Assembly (NCBI GenBank): GCA_963843575.1
Contig: CAWJKZ010000024.1
Location: 384,001 to 448,000, forward strand
DNA length: 64,000 nt
DNA from: an uncultured Acidobacteriota bacterium
GTDB taxonomy: Bacteria; Acidobacteriota; UBA6911
Reading direction: 5' to 3'
Part shown: piece after piece, positions 1 to 9,103 of the stretch
How positions within the stretch are numbered: the first letter of the stretch is position 1
Layout: every line of letters starts with the position of its first letter
Notes under the pieces: model-generated
Database searches by the model: none
The model's input: the letters and a program-made list of their open reading frames with translations, nothing else
Told to the model about the DNA's origin: nothing
Position numbers and translations under genes: made by a program

Positions 1-572
1 GCTCGTGCGCGAAACGCCCGTCGGCCGCAAGGTCGATATCGTGGTCAGCCGCGACGGCAAGAAGGTCACCCTGACCCCGACCGTCGGCAGACGCGAGGGG
101 GCGGACAACGTCACTCGGCGCTTCGAGGTCGTGCCGCGCGGCGAGTTCCCCGACCGCGAGCAGCCCGAAAGCCGCGGGTTCATGTTCCGGATGCCCGAAA
201 TGGACGAGTTCCCCTTCGGCTGGCAGGGGCGTGGCGCCGTTCCCCCGGGACGGCCCCGGCTGGGCGTATCCATGCAGCCTCTCACCGATCAGATGGCGGC
301 TTTCCTCGGCGTACCCGGAAAAGAAGGGGCGATGATCATCGATGTCACCGAGGGTTCCCCCGCCGCGGGCAGACTCAAGGCCGGCGATGTCATCGTGAAG
401 GCCGACGGGCGAAAACGTAGGCTCGCCCGACGACTTGAGCCGGATGGTACGGGCCAAGAAGGGCGGTGCCGCCCTCGACCTCCGCGTGATCAGGGACAAA
501 AAGGAAATCAGCATCCAGATCCAGTTGCCCGCCGACGACTCCAAGCCCAAAACCAATTCCTACCGGCTCTGA
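1..572 (+). CDS. PDZ-domain protein (HtrA/DegQ-like C-terminal part), 5'-partial, apparent frameshift near 415
   Basis: RPRLGVSMQPLT...GAMIIDVTEGSPAAGRLKAGDVIVKADG is a PDZ motif; a second frame continues VIRDKKEISIQIQLP...YRL* ending at 572. Confidence 0.75.
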
Positions 573-655
573 GACCTTTTACCCTGGGAGCCTTCAGGGT
601 GCAGCCGACCCGGCGCACCTCGAAGGCTCCGACCGCCGACCCTCCTCTTTTTCTC

Positions 656-704
656 TTGATATTCACCTTTTCATCACCTATGATCTTCAGGTGTAGAAAA
701 GGTG
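656..704 (+). promoter_or_regulatory. sigma70 promoter of lexA overlapped by candidate LexA operators
   Basis: TTGATA(656-661)-N17-TATGAT(679-684); CACCT at 664 and 675, AGGTG at 689 and 700. Confidence 0.7.
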
Positions 705-711
705 AATCCAG

Positions 712-1317
712 ATGAAACTGACAAAGCGCCAGAAAGAAATCCTCGATTTCATCACCGATTTCATCGAACGGGAAGGCTACTCGCCGAGCATGGAGGAGAT
801 CGCGGCCCACTTCCATTTCGCGTCCCTGAACGCGGTCTTCAAGCACCTGCAGGCGCTCGAGTCCCGCGGCCACCTCAGGCGGGACCCGAACCGGGCGCGC
901 GCCATCGAGGTCTCTCACGGAGCCTCGGCAGGAGCCCGCACCGTCCCGATGTTCGGCTACATCGCAGCCGGCCGCCCGATCGAAGCCGTGGAAACCCCCG
1001 AGACTGTCTCGATCCCGGAGGATTTCCTGCCGCGGCGCGCATCCTGCTACGTGGTGCGCGTCCAGGGCGAGTCGATGATCGAAGACCACATCCAGGATGG
1101 GGATTACGTGGTGGTCGAATCCCGGGCGGAGGCCAACGACGGCGAGATGGTCGTCGCACTCGTCGACGGGGAGAGCGTCACGCTCAAACGGCTATATCGC
1201 GAGAACGGAAACATAAGGCTGCAGCCTTCAAACACGGCCGTGGCGCCGATCGTCCTGGAAGCTGCGCGCGTCAAGGTGCAGGGCGTCGTGGTAGGGGTTA
1301 TGAGGAAGTACCATTGA
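712..1317 (+). CDS. lexA: LexA SOS repressor
   Basis: N-terminal LTKRQKEILDFI...GYSPSMEEIA wHTH, AAG cleavage site, GESM catalytic Ser, TLKR catalytic Lys. Confidence 0.97.
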   Translation: MKLTKRQKEILDFITDFIEREGYSPSMEEIAAHFHFASLNAVFKHLQALESRGHLRRDPNRARAIEVSHGASAGARTVPMFGYIAAGRPIEAVETPETVSIPEDFLPRRASCYVVRVQGESMIEDHIQDGDYVVVESRAEANDGEMVVALVDGESVTLKRLYRENGNIRLQPSNTAVAPIVLEAARVKVQGVVVGVMRKYH

Positions 1318-1334
1318 GACCTGGAGGAAAGCAT

Positions 1335-1526
1335 ATGGTCACCAGCCAGATCTACAGGGTCACGATTCGCGGACGCAAACTCGAAAGCAGGAATCTGCGG
1401 GATCTGCTGGCCCGGGCGGTTTCCGAGAAGCGAAGCATCGACCGGAGACTCCGGATCTGCCCGGGCGCCGGGCGGTCTGGTCTCATGACGGGTTCGGCCC
1501 TCTCGGGGACGGCGATGGCGGGCTGA
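1335..1526 (+). CDS. Small basic hypothetical protein (63 aa) in the lexA operon
   Basis: GGAGG RBS before ATG 1335; MVTSQIYRVTIRGRKLESRNLRDLLARAV...; fills the gap between lexA and the ATPase. Confidence 0.65.
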   Translation: MVTSQIYRVTIRGRKLESRNLRDLLARAVSEKRSIDRRLRICPGAGRSGLMTGSALSGTAMAG

Positions 1527-1539
1527 GCGGAAGGCGCGT

Positions 1540-2295
1540 ATGAACCTCGACCTTAAATCGACATGGCGCCCGGCCCCCCCGGTTCCCGCGCGCATCGACT
1601 GCGGCACATGCCACGGTACGGGCTGGCAACTGCTCCCCGGGCCGGGCGCCGGCTTCGCCCGCCGCTGTCCCTGCCGCGCCCAGTTCAACACGGATCGTCT
1701 GGAAGCGCAGGTCGGTATCCCGCCGCGTTACGCGCATTGCACCCTCGCGAACTTCGAGCCCCGGAATTTCTCGCAGGTGCGCGCCCTGGCCGAGGCGCGC
1801 CGGTTCGCCGAGCGTCACCCGGCCGTCGAGCGGGGCTTGTTCTTCGTCGGCAGCCCCGGGATAGGGAAGACACACCTGGCCGTGGGCATTGTCACCGAAC
1901 TGCTTCAGCGCTTTCAGGACGACATCCTGTTTGTGGATTTCCCCGCCCTGGTGGCTCCTCTTACGGGCCGGGCTGCCAGGTTCGATTGGGCGAGGCTGCG
2001 CCGCGTTTCGCTCCTGCTGCTGGACAACTTCGGCGTGGCCGCACCCGGTGACGACGGCCTCGCGATCACCGAAGAACTAATGCGGGGGCGGAGCGAATCA
2101 AAAAAGACCACCGTGTATACGGGCGAGCGGTTGCGTGCGCGGGAGCTATTCGGGGGCGCAGCCGGCCCCGGCCTTTCCCGCACCCACAATTACCTGCTTT
2201 CGCTGCCACGCCCACTGATCGTGCGATTTCTTTCCGAAACAAGAGTCCTGTCCATGGTGGGGGAAGATTACAGGAGTCAAATCGCACTCCTCTGA
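1540..2295 (+). CDS. DnaC/IstB-like AAA+ ATPase with N-terminal Zn-binding motif
   Basis: CGTCHGTG...RCPC, GIPPRYAHCTLANF, Walker A GSPGIGKTHLA, Walker B LLLLDNFG, C-terminal GEDYR. Confidence 0.85.
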   Translation: MNLDLKSTWRPAPPVPARIDCGTCHGTGWQLLPGPGAGFARRCPCRAQFNTDRLEAQVGIPPRYAHCTLANFEPRNFSQVRALAEARRFAERHPAVERGLFFVGSPGIGKTHLAVGIVTELLQRFQDDILFVDFPALVAPLTGRAARFDWARLRRVSLLLLDNFGVAAPGDDGLAITEELMRGRSESKKTTVYTGERLRARELFGGAAGPGLSRTHNYLLSLPRPLIVRFLSETRVLSMVGEDYRSQIALL

Positions 2296-2513
2296 GTCGA
2301 CTGTGGAGGTCGTGACCAGACTCTGCCGGGTCGAAGGCACCCGAAGTGGGTTGCACACGGTTTAAGCAAACAGCTTTCAAGTTATTTGTCTGCTTAATTT
2401 ACCCCTGTCGAAAACCCCGATTTTAGTCGTTTTTCCACACCCTTTGTGAATATCTCGCAAAACCTGAATTCCGTGAACGGGGTGGCGTTTGCCTGCGACA
2501 GGTCGCGTCGGCG

Positions 2514-2542
2514 TTGAAACGCCCGGGCGGGGTGGTTATAAT
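2514..2542 (+). promoter_or_regulatory. sigma70 promoter upstream of the DUF47 gene
   Basis: TTGAAA-N17-TATAAT. Confidence 0.65.
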
Positions 2543-2604
2543 CCCGCCGCCTTTACGTAGTCGTGAAGGCGAAGACTCGATGCGCGCGCTGCCCGGAGGA
2601 CGAT

Positions 2605-3226
2605 ATGGCAAAGTTGTTTCGCCAAAGATGAAAAATTCTTCAAGATCTTTGCCCAGATGACGTTTCATATACTCGAGGCGGCCGAGATCCTCGGCACCAT
2701 GCTGGCCGACCCGAAGGGCGACATACAGAGCGCCGCGGTCAAAATCAAGGACCTGGAACACAAGGGGGACGAACTGACCCACAAGGTGATCGAGGAGCTG
2801 AACAAGACGTTCATTACCCCGATCGACCGCGAGGATATCCACGATCTGAGTAAGGCGCTGGACGACGTGCTCGACCTCATCGATACGACGGCGGGGCGCA
2901 TCGTGTTGTTCCAGATCCGGGAACCGATTCGGGAGCTTGGCCGAGATGGCGGCGGTGCTGCTGAGCCAGGTGCGGGAGATCTGCGCCGCGGTGACCAAGC
3001 TGCAGGACAACGACCATGTCGTCGAGCGCTGCATCGAAATTAACAGGCTCGAAAACGACGCGGACCGACTGTTTCCAGTCCGCGATCGGTCACCTGTTCC
3101 AGGACGTCAAGGATCCCGATCGATGTGATCAAGCGCAAGGAGATCATCGAGACGCTCGAGACCGCCACCGACAAGGCCGAAGACGTCGCCAACGTGCTGG
3201 AGACGATCATGGTGAAGAACGCCTGA
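2605..3226 (+). CDS. DUF47 phosphate transport regulator (PhoU-like), split by several frameshifts
   Basis: IKDLEHKGDELTHKVIEELNKTFITPIDREDIHDL, INRLENDAD and LETATDKAEDVANVLETIMVKNA* lie in different frames; GGAGG RBS before ATG 2605. Confidence 0.85.
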
Positions 3227-3316
3227 CTTCGGCTTCGGGCTTCCGCTTTAGGGCTTTTAAAAAACTCACCTCCTCGAAGGCTCGAAGGCCTCTGAGAATC
3301 TCGAAGGCTTCCGCCT

Positions 3317-4318
3317 TCACGAAGAGCGCCTGACCTCGGCTCGCGCCTTGGCTTCCGGCTTCAGGCTCCCGGCTTCCGCTTCGACAAGGTCCTCCGCGAT
3401 CCCGGCGAGGACGTCCCCGTTTTCGACCTCGTCGCGCCACAGCTGCGGCACCGCCTCGAGTCCCGCGAGCGCCCCCACGAAGCTGCCGGCCAGCGCCGCG
3501 ATGGAGTCGGCCGCGTCGCCCGCGTTCACCGCAGCCAGCACCGCGGGGGAGTACTGCCTGGGATGTTTGAGGAAGCAGTACACTGCGGCGGGGATAGCCT
3601 CGAGGGCGTCGTTGCTGGTGCCGATTTCGAACAACCCTTCTTCCACCGGGAGGTGCACGATCTGGGTGATCCAGCGGAGCATGGCGGCCATGTCCTGGTC
3701 GATGCTGGCGATGCGGTCCGCGGTCTCGAGCACCTGGTCTCCGGGAGAGCACCGCTGGGTCGATTGCACCAGCCTCGCCACCAGGTAGGCGACGGCGACC
3801 GAGGCGGCGCGGGCCCTCGGTTCTGTGTGGGTGATGGCGCACTCGTCGAGCGCCGCACGGACGAGGCTGTCGGGCTGGCGCAGGAAGAACAAGCCGATCG
3901 GGGCCATGCGCACGGCGGCCCCGGACCCGCTGCTGAACACGCCGCTCTTGGTCCAGGCGCGCCCGGCGGCGAGGTGCTTGCACGCACGCACGTTCGCGTG
4001 CGTCGGGGTCCGGTGCGGGATCGTGTTGGCGTACCAGGCCAGGAGTGCGTCTGCCTGCCGGGCCGCGTCCATCTTCCCGCACTCGATGAGGCACTCGGCG
4101 GTGGCGAGCATCATCTGGGTGTCGTCCGTGTACGATCCCGCGTTCAGGAAATCGCTGGCGTGGCCCGGGTGGGCCTTGACAAACCCGGATATCGGCTTGT
4201 CGTAGTAGCGGCGTATCTGATCGCGCGTCAGGAACTGGGCCGGCATCCCGAGCGCGTCGCCCACGGCGAAGCCGAGCAGCGTCCCGGCAAAACGGCCGAC
4301 GAGTTCCGTGGAATCCAT
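3317..4318 (-). CDS. ADP-ribosylglycohydrolase (DraG/ARH family)
   Basis: GFAVGDALGMP, YTDDTQM, THTEP and GDAADSIAALAGS motifs; likely start MDSTELV. Confidence 0.92.
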   Translation of the reverse strand: MDSTELVGRFAGTLLGFAVGDALGMPAQFLTRDQIRRYYDKPISGFVKAHPGHASDFLNAGSYTDDTQMMLATAECLIECGKMDAARQADALLAWYANTIPHRTPTHANVRACKHLAAGRAWTKSGVFSSGSGAAVRMAPIGLFFLRQPDSLVRAALDECAITHTEPRARAASVAVAYLVARLVQSTQRCSPGDQVLETADRIASIDQDMAAMLRWITQIVHLPVEEGLFEIGTSNDALEAIPAAVYCFLKHPRQYSPAVLAAVNAGDAADSIAALAGSFVGALAGLEAVPQLWRDEVENGDVLAGIAEDLVEAEAGSLKPEAKARAEVRRSS

Positions 4319-4341
4319 ATCCGCCTCCGTCTCGCGCGCAG

Positions 4342-5157
4342 CTAGGACAACCGGCGGGCGTAGTAGCTGAGCGGCGTCGTCGAACGGGTGGAGACGTTGA
4401 CGCGCCACACATACTGCGCGGGCGCGCCGGTCCCCTCGTCGATGATGTTGAAGGTCACCAGGTATTCGTCCGTTCCCTCGGGTTGTGCACTCCATTCTTT
4501 GCTGTTGGGCGTGGTGACGAGCCGGGCCAGTGCGGGATTCTTCTCGATCACGATCTCCCGGGCCAGTTCGCGGCGAGCGATTTCGATGTCGGACAACTTC
4601 GGCGGGGCCGGTTCCACTGCCGCCGTTTCGGGGACGGGCTTGGAGGCTGCGGCGGCCGGTGCTTTGGCCCGGGCAGGCCTCTCCGCCGTGTCGCGCGTCA
4701 GGACGGGTTTGCGCGCCCCTTCCACCTCACCCTTCGATCTCTCCGCCGCGGGGCGCGGGGCCCTCTCCCCCGTAGCGGCGGGGCCTGGAGCGGGCGCGGC
4801 CTGGGGCGGGGAGGCGGGTGCCGGATGAGCCGAGGGCTGGGCCGTCTGCGGCGCGACGGCCGGCGGAGGTGCGGGTTGGGTGTCGAGCATTCCAGGCGGC
4901 GGCGCCTCTTTCACCACGGAGGGCGGCGTATTGGCTGCGACGACGGCGTCCTTCGGGCGTTTGAACCCTCCGAACATCTGGATGGCCAGCAGCGCCAGCG
5001 CGGCCAGCGCGAGCGTGACGTAAAAAACCTTCTTCATGGAAAGCGAATCCGATGTGGGCAACTCGTCCGACTCGGCGCGCTCGCGATACAGTTCCGAAGC
5101 CTGCTGCTTCAGATCGTCGACCATTGTGTCAAGCACCTCGCGACGGAAGTATAACAC
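4342..5157 (-). CDS. Hypothetical membrane-anchored Pro/Ala-rich protein
   Basis: One TM segment (VFYVTLALAALALLAIQMF), low-complexity linker, small C-terminal domain; start uncertain. Confidence 0.65.
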   Translation of the reverse strand: MLYFRREVLDTMVDDLKQQASELYRERAESDELPTSDSLSMKKVFYVTLALAALALLAIQMFGGFKRPKDAVVAANTPPSVVKEAPPPGMLDTQPAPPPAVAPQTAQPSAHPAPASPPQAAPAPGPAATGERAPRPAAERSKGEVEGARKPVLTRDTAERPARAKAPAAAASKPVPETAAVEPAPPKLSDIEIARRELAREIVIEKNPALARLVTTPNSKEWSAQPEGTDEYLVTFNIIDEGTGAPAQYVWRVNVSTRSTTPLSYYARRLS

Positions 5158-5273
5158 GCGCCCGAGCGACGGCGCCTGCGGGAGTGCCGCCCGGAGGGGC
5201 GCGACAGATTCGAACGCGCGGCGAGCTCTTTCGGGCCGGTATTTCCTGCGGCGTGGGAGTCCGTGGAAGCGGT

Positions 5274-6524
5274 CTACAACGGGTTCAGCGCTTCGCCGCG
5301 CACGAGGTCCTTGAAAACTTCGCGCTTGCGGATCACCTTCATCCGTTTGCCGCGGACCATCACCTCCGGGGCGCGGGGGCGCGAGTTGTAGTTCGAGGAG
5401 AGGACGAAACCATACGCCCCGGCACTCATGACGGCGAGCAGGTCCCTGGGCCTGACGACGGGCATGTCGCGGTCACGGGCGAGGAAGTCGCCCGACTCGC
5501 AGATGGGACCCACGACGTCGGCGCTGCAGCGGCCGCGGCCGCGCAGGGTTTCCGGCTGGATGGCGTGGTAGGAGCCGTAGAGGCTGGGCCGCATGAGGTC
5601 GTTCATGCCGGCGTCGACGATGACAAACGTCTTGCCGCCGTTCTTCTTGGTCAGCAGCACCTTCGTCACCAGGATTCCGGCGTTGCCGACGAGGACGCGG
5701 CCGGGCTCGAGCAGGACCGTGCATCCCATGTCCCGGACCAGGTCGAGCACCGCCTTCCCGTAGTCGTCGGGGTGCGGCGGGACCTCGTCGTTGTAGGTGA
5801 TGCCGAGTCCGCCGCCCAGATCCAGGTAGTCGATCTGCAGGCCGCCGTCGCGCAGCGCCGTGACCACATCCTTGAGCCGGCTCAGCGCTTCGACAAACGG
5901 CTCGACCCGCGTGATCTGCGAGCCGATGTGGAATCCAATCCCCGTGATCTTCAGGTGAGGCGAGCGGCTCGCCTTCCGGTACAGCTCGGGAGCCGCCTCG
6001 ATGGCCACGCCGAACTTGTGCTCGCGCAGGCCCGTGGCGATGTAGGGGTGCGTCTTCGGGTCCACGTTCGGGTTGACCCGCAGCGCGATGCGCGCGGGCT
6101 TGCCGGCGACCGCCGCGCGCGCGTCGATGATGTCCAACTCGGCCGGCGATTCGACGTTGAACTGAAGGATGCCGGTGTTGAGCGCGAGGTCGATCTCGTC
6201 TTCCGTCTTGCCGACGCCCGAAAAGACGATCTTTTCGGGATCCGCCCCCGCCCGCAAGGCCCGCATGAGTTCGCCGCCCGATACGATGTCGAATCCGGCG
6301 CCCAGCCTGCGGAACAGGCTCAGAATGGCAAGGTTCGAATTGGCCTTGACGGCGTAGCAGGTCAGGTGGGGCAGCAGCCCGAACGCAAGGTCGAACGTCT
6401 TGAAATGGCGCTCGAGGGTCGACTGGCTGTACAGGTAAAAGGGGGTTCCGACCTTCTTGGCGATGTCGGCGACCGGAACATCCTCGCAGTAGAGCTTGTT
6501 TTTGTTGTACCAGAAGTGGTGCAC
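5274..6524 (-). CDS. lysA: Diaminopimelate decarboxylase
   Basis: YAVKANSN PLP-Lys motif, HIGSQ, LEPGR, GPICESGD, NYNSRPR. Confidence 0.97.
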   Translation of the reverse strand: MHHFWYNKNKLYCEDVPVADIAKKVGTPFYLYSQSTLERHFKTFDLAFGLLPHLTCYAVKANSNLAILSLFRRLGAGFDIVSGGELMRALRAGADPEKIVFSGVGKTEDEIDLALNTGILQFNVESPAELDIIDARAAVAGKPARIALRVNPNVDPKTHPYIATGLREHKFGVAIEAAPELYRKASRSPHLKITGIGFHIGSQITRVEPFVEALSRLKDVVTALRDGGLQIDYLDLGGGLGITYNDEVPPHPDDYGKAVLDLVRDMGCTVLLEPGRVLVGNAGILVTKVLLTKKNGGKTFVIVDAGMNDLMRPSLYGSYHAIQPETLRGRGRCSADVVGPICESGDFLARDRDMPVVRPRDLLAVMSAGAYGFVLSSNYNSRPRAPEVMVRGKRMKVIRKREVFKDLVRGEALNPL

Positions 6525-6634
6525 CCGGCGACCTCAGAGAGTTTGGATTTTAGGTTTCATGGGCCGGGCGGGTCAATCAATAAAACTTCGGGGGCCTTCT
6601 GCGGCCACCACTCGTGTTGCGGCGGAGACGACCG

Positions 6635-7813
6635 CTATGCCCCGAAGACGATTCTTCCTGCGACCATCGTCTTGACGACCCGCAGCTGCGCGTCGAGAAA
6701 CACGAGGTCGGCGTCGGCACCCGGCGCCAGGATGCCGCGGATCTCCCCCATTCCCATGGCGCGCGCCGGGACGGCGCTGGCCGCGGCGACGGCCCCGTCC
6801 TCGGGCACCCCCATCCATCCCGCCAGGTTGCGCACCGCGCGGTCCAGGGTCAGGGTGCTGCCGGCGAGCGCCCCCTCCTCGTCGCGGCACACGCCGTTCT
6901 CCACCCGGATGCGCTTGTCGCCGAGGGGGTACAGCCCGTCGGGCATCCCCAGGGCGCTCAGGCCGTCGGTGACGAGCAGCGTGCGCTCGAGCCCCTTGAG
7001 CCGGACGACCAGTTGGACCGCCGTCGGGTGCACGTGCACCCCGTCGGCGATCACCTCGGCATAGACCCTGTCGTCGGACAGGATCGCCCCCAGCAGTCCG
7101 GGTTCGCGGTGGTGCAGCGGCCGCATGGCGTTGAAGGTGTGGGTTGCCAGTGAAGCGCCCGCAGCGATGGCGGCGCGGGCCTGCTCCTCGGTGGCATCCG
7201 AGTGTCCGATGGACACGCGGATCCCCAGGGCCACAGCCTGGCGCGTCAGCTCCAGCCCCGGGTCCATTTCCGGCGCAACCGTGATCCTGCGCACGCAGCC
7301 GCCCGAGACCTCGACGAAGCGGTGCAGGGAAGTCGCGTCGGCTTGCCGCAGGTAGGCGGGGTTGTGGGTCCCGCGCCTCAGCGGATTGAGGTACGGCCCC
7401 TCCATGTGGACGCCGATCGGCCGGGCACCTTCGGCGACCAGCGCGTGGTGCGCGGCATAGCCGCGCAGCGCGGTTTCCGTGTCGCCGTCCGGGGCGCTCA
7501 GGGTCGTGGCCAGAAACGAGGTCGTGCCATACCTTGCCAGCGTTGCGGCCACCGTCTGCAGTGTCTGGAGGGTGCCGTCCATCAGGTCGCAGCCGCTCGC
7601 GCCGTGCACGTGCAGATCGATGAAACCGGGTGCGACCGTCGCTCCCGGCTCGTGGATTTCGCGGCCGCGCGCAACCCGCGGCACGGCCGCGCCATCCAGG
7701 ACCTCGGCTATCCTGCCCGCGCGGATGCGCAGGAGCGCGTTGGCCCGGCGCTCAAACGGCGTCAGCAGGGTGGAACAACGTACCCAGACGTCCTTGTCAT
7801 TTTGAGCGATCAT
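6635..7813 (-). CDS. nagA: N-acetylglucosamine-6-phosphate deacetylase
   Basis: PGFIDLHVHG, HMEGPY, GHSDA, THTFNAM, IADGVHV, LAGSTL. Confidence 0.95.
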   Translation of the reverse strand: MIAQNDKDVWVRCSTLLTPFERRANALLRIRAGRIAEVLDGAAVPRVARGREIHEPGATVAPGFIDLHVHGASGCDLMDGTLQTLQTVAATLARYGTTSFLATTLSAPDGDTETALRGYAAHHALVAEGARPIGVHMEGPYLNPLRRGTHNPAYLRQADATSLHRFVEVSGGCVRRITVAPEMDPGLELTRQAVALGIRVSIGHSDATEEQARAAIAAGASLATHTFNAMRPLHHREPGLLGAILSDDRVYAEVIADGVHVHPTAVQLVVRLKGLERTLLVTDGLSALGMPDGLYPLGDKRIRVENGVCRDEEGALAGSTLTLDRAVRNLAGWMGVPEDGAVAAASAVPARAMGMGEIRGILAPGADADLVFLDAQLRVVKTMVAGRIVFGA

Positions 7814-9086
7814 CTCTACCCCCGGTTGGCGGTGCCGCGGCCCTGTAGGCGCGGTCGAGCAGTTCGATCGGGTGGGCCGTCTCGACCGGGATCCGCTGGG
7901 CGCGCAGCCCCAGTCCGATCTGGATGAGGCAGCCCGGGTTCCCGCTGACGACGACCTGCGCCCCCGTCCGTTTCACGTGGTCGATCTTGTCTGCCAGGAT
8001 GCGGGCGGCCATTTCAGGGTGTGTGATGTTGTAGATCCCCGCGGAACCGCAGCAACGGTCCGCGTCGCGCAACTCGACGAGCTGCAGCCCGGGGATGCGG
8101 GCCAGCAGCCTCCGGGGGGCGGCCTTGATCCCCTGGGCGTGCAGGAGGTGACACGGGTCGTCGTAGGTGACCTTGAGGGGGAGCCGTCCCATCTCCCCGG
8201 TGACCCCGAGCTCGTCCAGGAACTCCGAGATGTCTTTCACCCTCCGGCTGAACGCGGCGGCGCGGCCGGCATAGCGGGGATCGTCCTTCAGAAGGTGCCC
8301 GTACTCCTTGAGCATCGCGCCGCAGCCGGCGGCGTTGACTACGATGAATTCGGCCCTGTCGCCTTCGAAGGCGTCGATGTTCCTGCGCGCCAGGTCGAGC
8401 GCCCGGCCGACGTCGCCGTCGTGCAGATGCAGCGCGCCGCAGCAGGTCTGCCGCCGCGGGGAGCAGGCCGAAACGTCGTTGCGCTCGAGGACCCTCAGGG
8501 TCGCTTCATGCACCGGCCCGAAGAGTTCCGGCATCATGCACCCCTCGAAAAAGGCGACCCGGCTGCGCCCTTTTGCAGGCGCCGTGGCCGGGAGTGTGGA
8601 GACCGCGGCGGGAGGCACTTCGGGAAGGAGCGCCTCCATGGCTCGAATCCTCCCGGGGAGCAGCTTCAAGACTCCGGAGGCCCGCGCGAGTCTCCGGGCG
8701 CCGCTGCGCTGGTAGAGACGCAGCAGCCGGAACACGGCATGCATCAGCCGGCGGCTGGGGAAGACGGCGTCGAAGACGATCTTCCGCGCCAGCCGGGCCG
8801 GCAGCGACATCCTCGCGTGCTCGCGAATGGCGGCGCGCGCGTCGTTCATCATCAGCGAGAACCGGACCCCCGACGGACAGGCGGACTCGCAGGCGAGGCA
8901 CTCGAGGCACATGTGCATGTGCCGCCCGAATACCGGGCTTTCCGGCGCGACGCGGCCTTCCCCGAGCCCGGTGATGAGGTGGATCCGGCCGCGCGGCGAG
9001 TCGACCTCGCTGCCGAGCTGCAGGTAGGTCGGGCAGACGGCGAGGCAAAGGCCGCAGTGGATGCAGTCGAGATTAGGCTGCGGCAC
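7797..9086 (-). CDS. glcF: Glycolate oxidase Fe-S subunit
   Basis: CIHCGLCLAVCPTY...SPRGRI, CLECLACESACPSGV and two CCG domains; start about 9086-9103. Confidence 0.9.
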   Translation of the reverse strand: MPQPNLDCIHCGLCLAVCPTYLQLGSEVDSPRGRIHLITGLGEGRVAPESPVFGRHMHMCLECLACESACPSGVRFSLMMNDARAAIREHARMSLPARLARKIVFDAVFPSRRLMHAVFRLLRLYQRSGARRLARASGVLKLLPGRIRAMEALLPEVPPAAVSTLPATAPAKGRSRVAFFEGCMMPELFGPVHEATLRVLERNDVSACSPRRQTCCGALHLHDGDVGRALDLARRNIDAFEGDRAEFIVVNAAGCGAMLKEYGHLLKDDPRYAGRAAAFSRRVKDISEFLDELGVTGEMGRLPLKVTYDDPCHLLHAQGIKAAPRRLLARIPGLQLVELRDADRCCGSAGIYNITHPEMAARILADKIDHVKRTGAQVVVSGNPGCLIQIGLGLRAQRIPVETAHPIELLDRAYRAAAPPTGGRDDRSK

Positions 9087-9103
9087 GTTCGCCCGCCGAC
9101 ATC

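Noticed and set aside
1540-2295. IS21 element (IstB) or prophage replication module
   Set aside because: No IstA, terminal repeats, initiator or phage structural genes nearby
2300-2470. Possible replication origin (AT-rich, TTTTCCACA and TGTGAATAT)
   Set aside because: Only one or two imperfect DnaA boxes and no dnaA/dnaN context; the box at 14827 is also isolated
5052-7064. 670-aa plus-strand ORF and many similar long overlapping ORFs (e.g. 50091-51653, 51687-53225)
   Set aside because: Antisense shadows of real high-GC genes (lysA/nagA, amidohydrolase and others) with no motifs of their own
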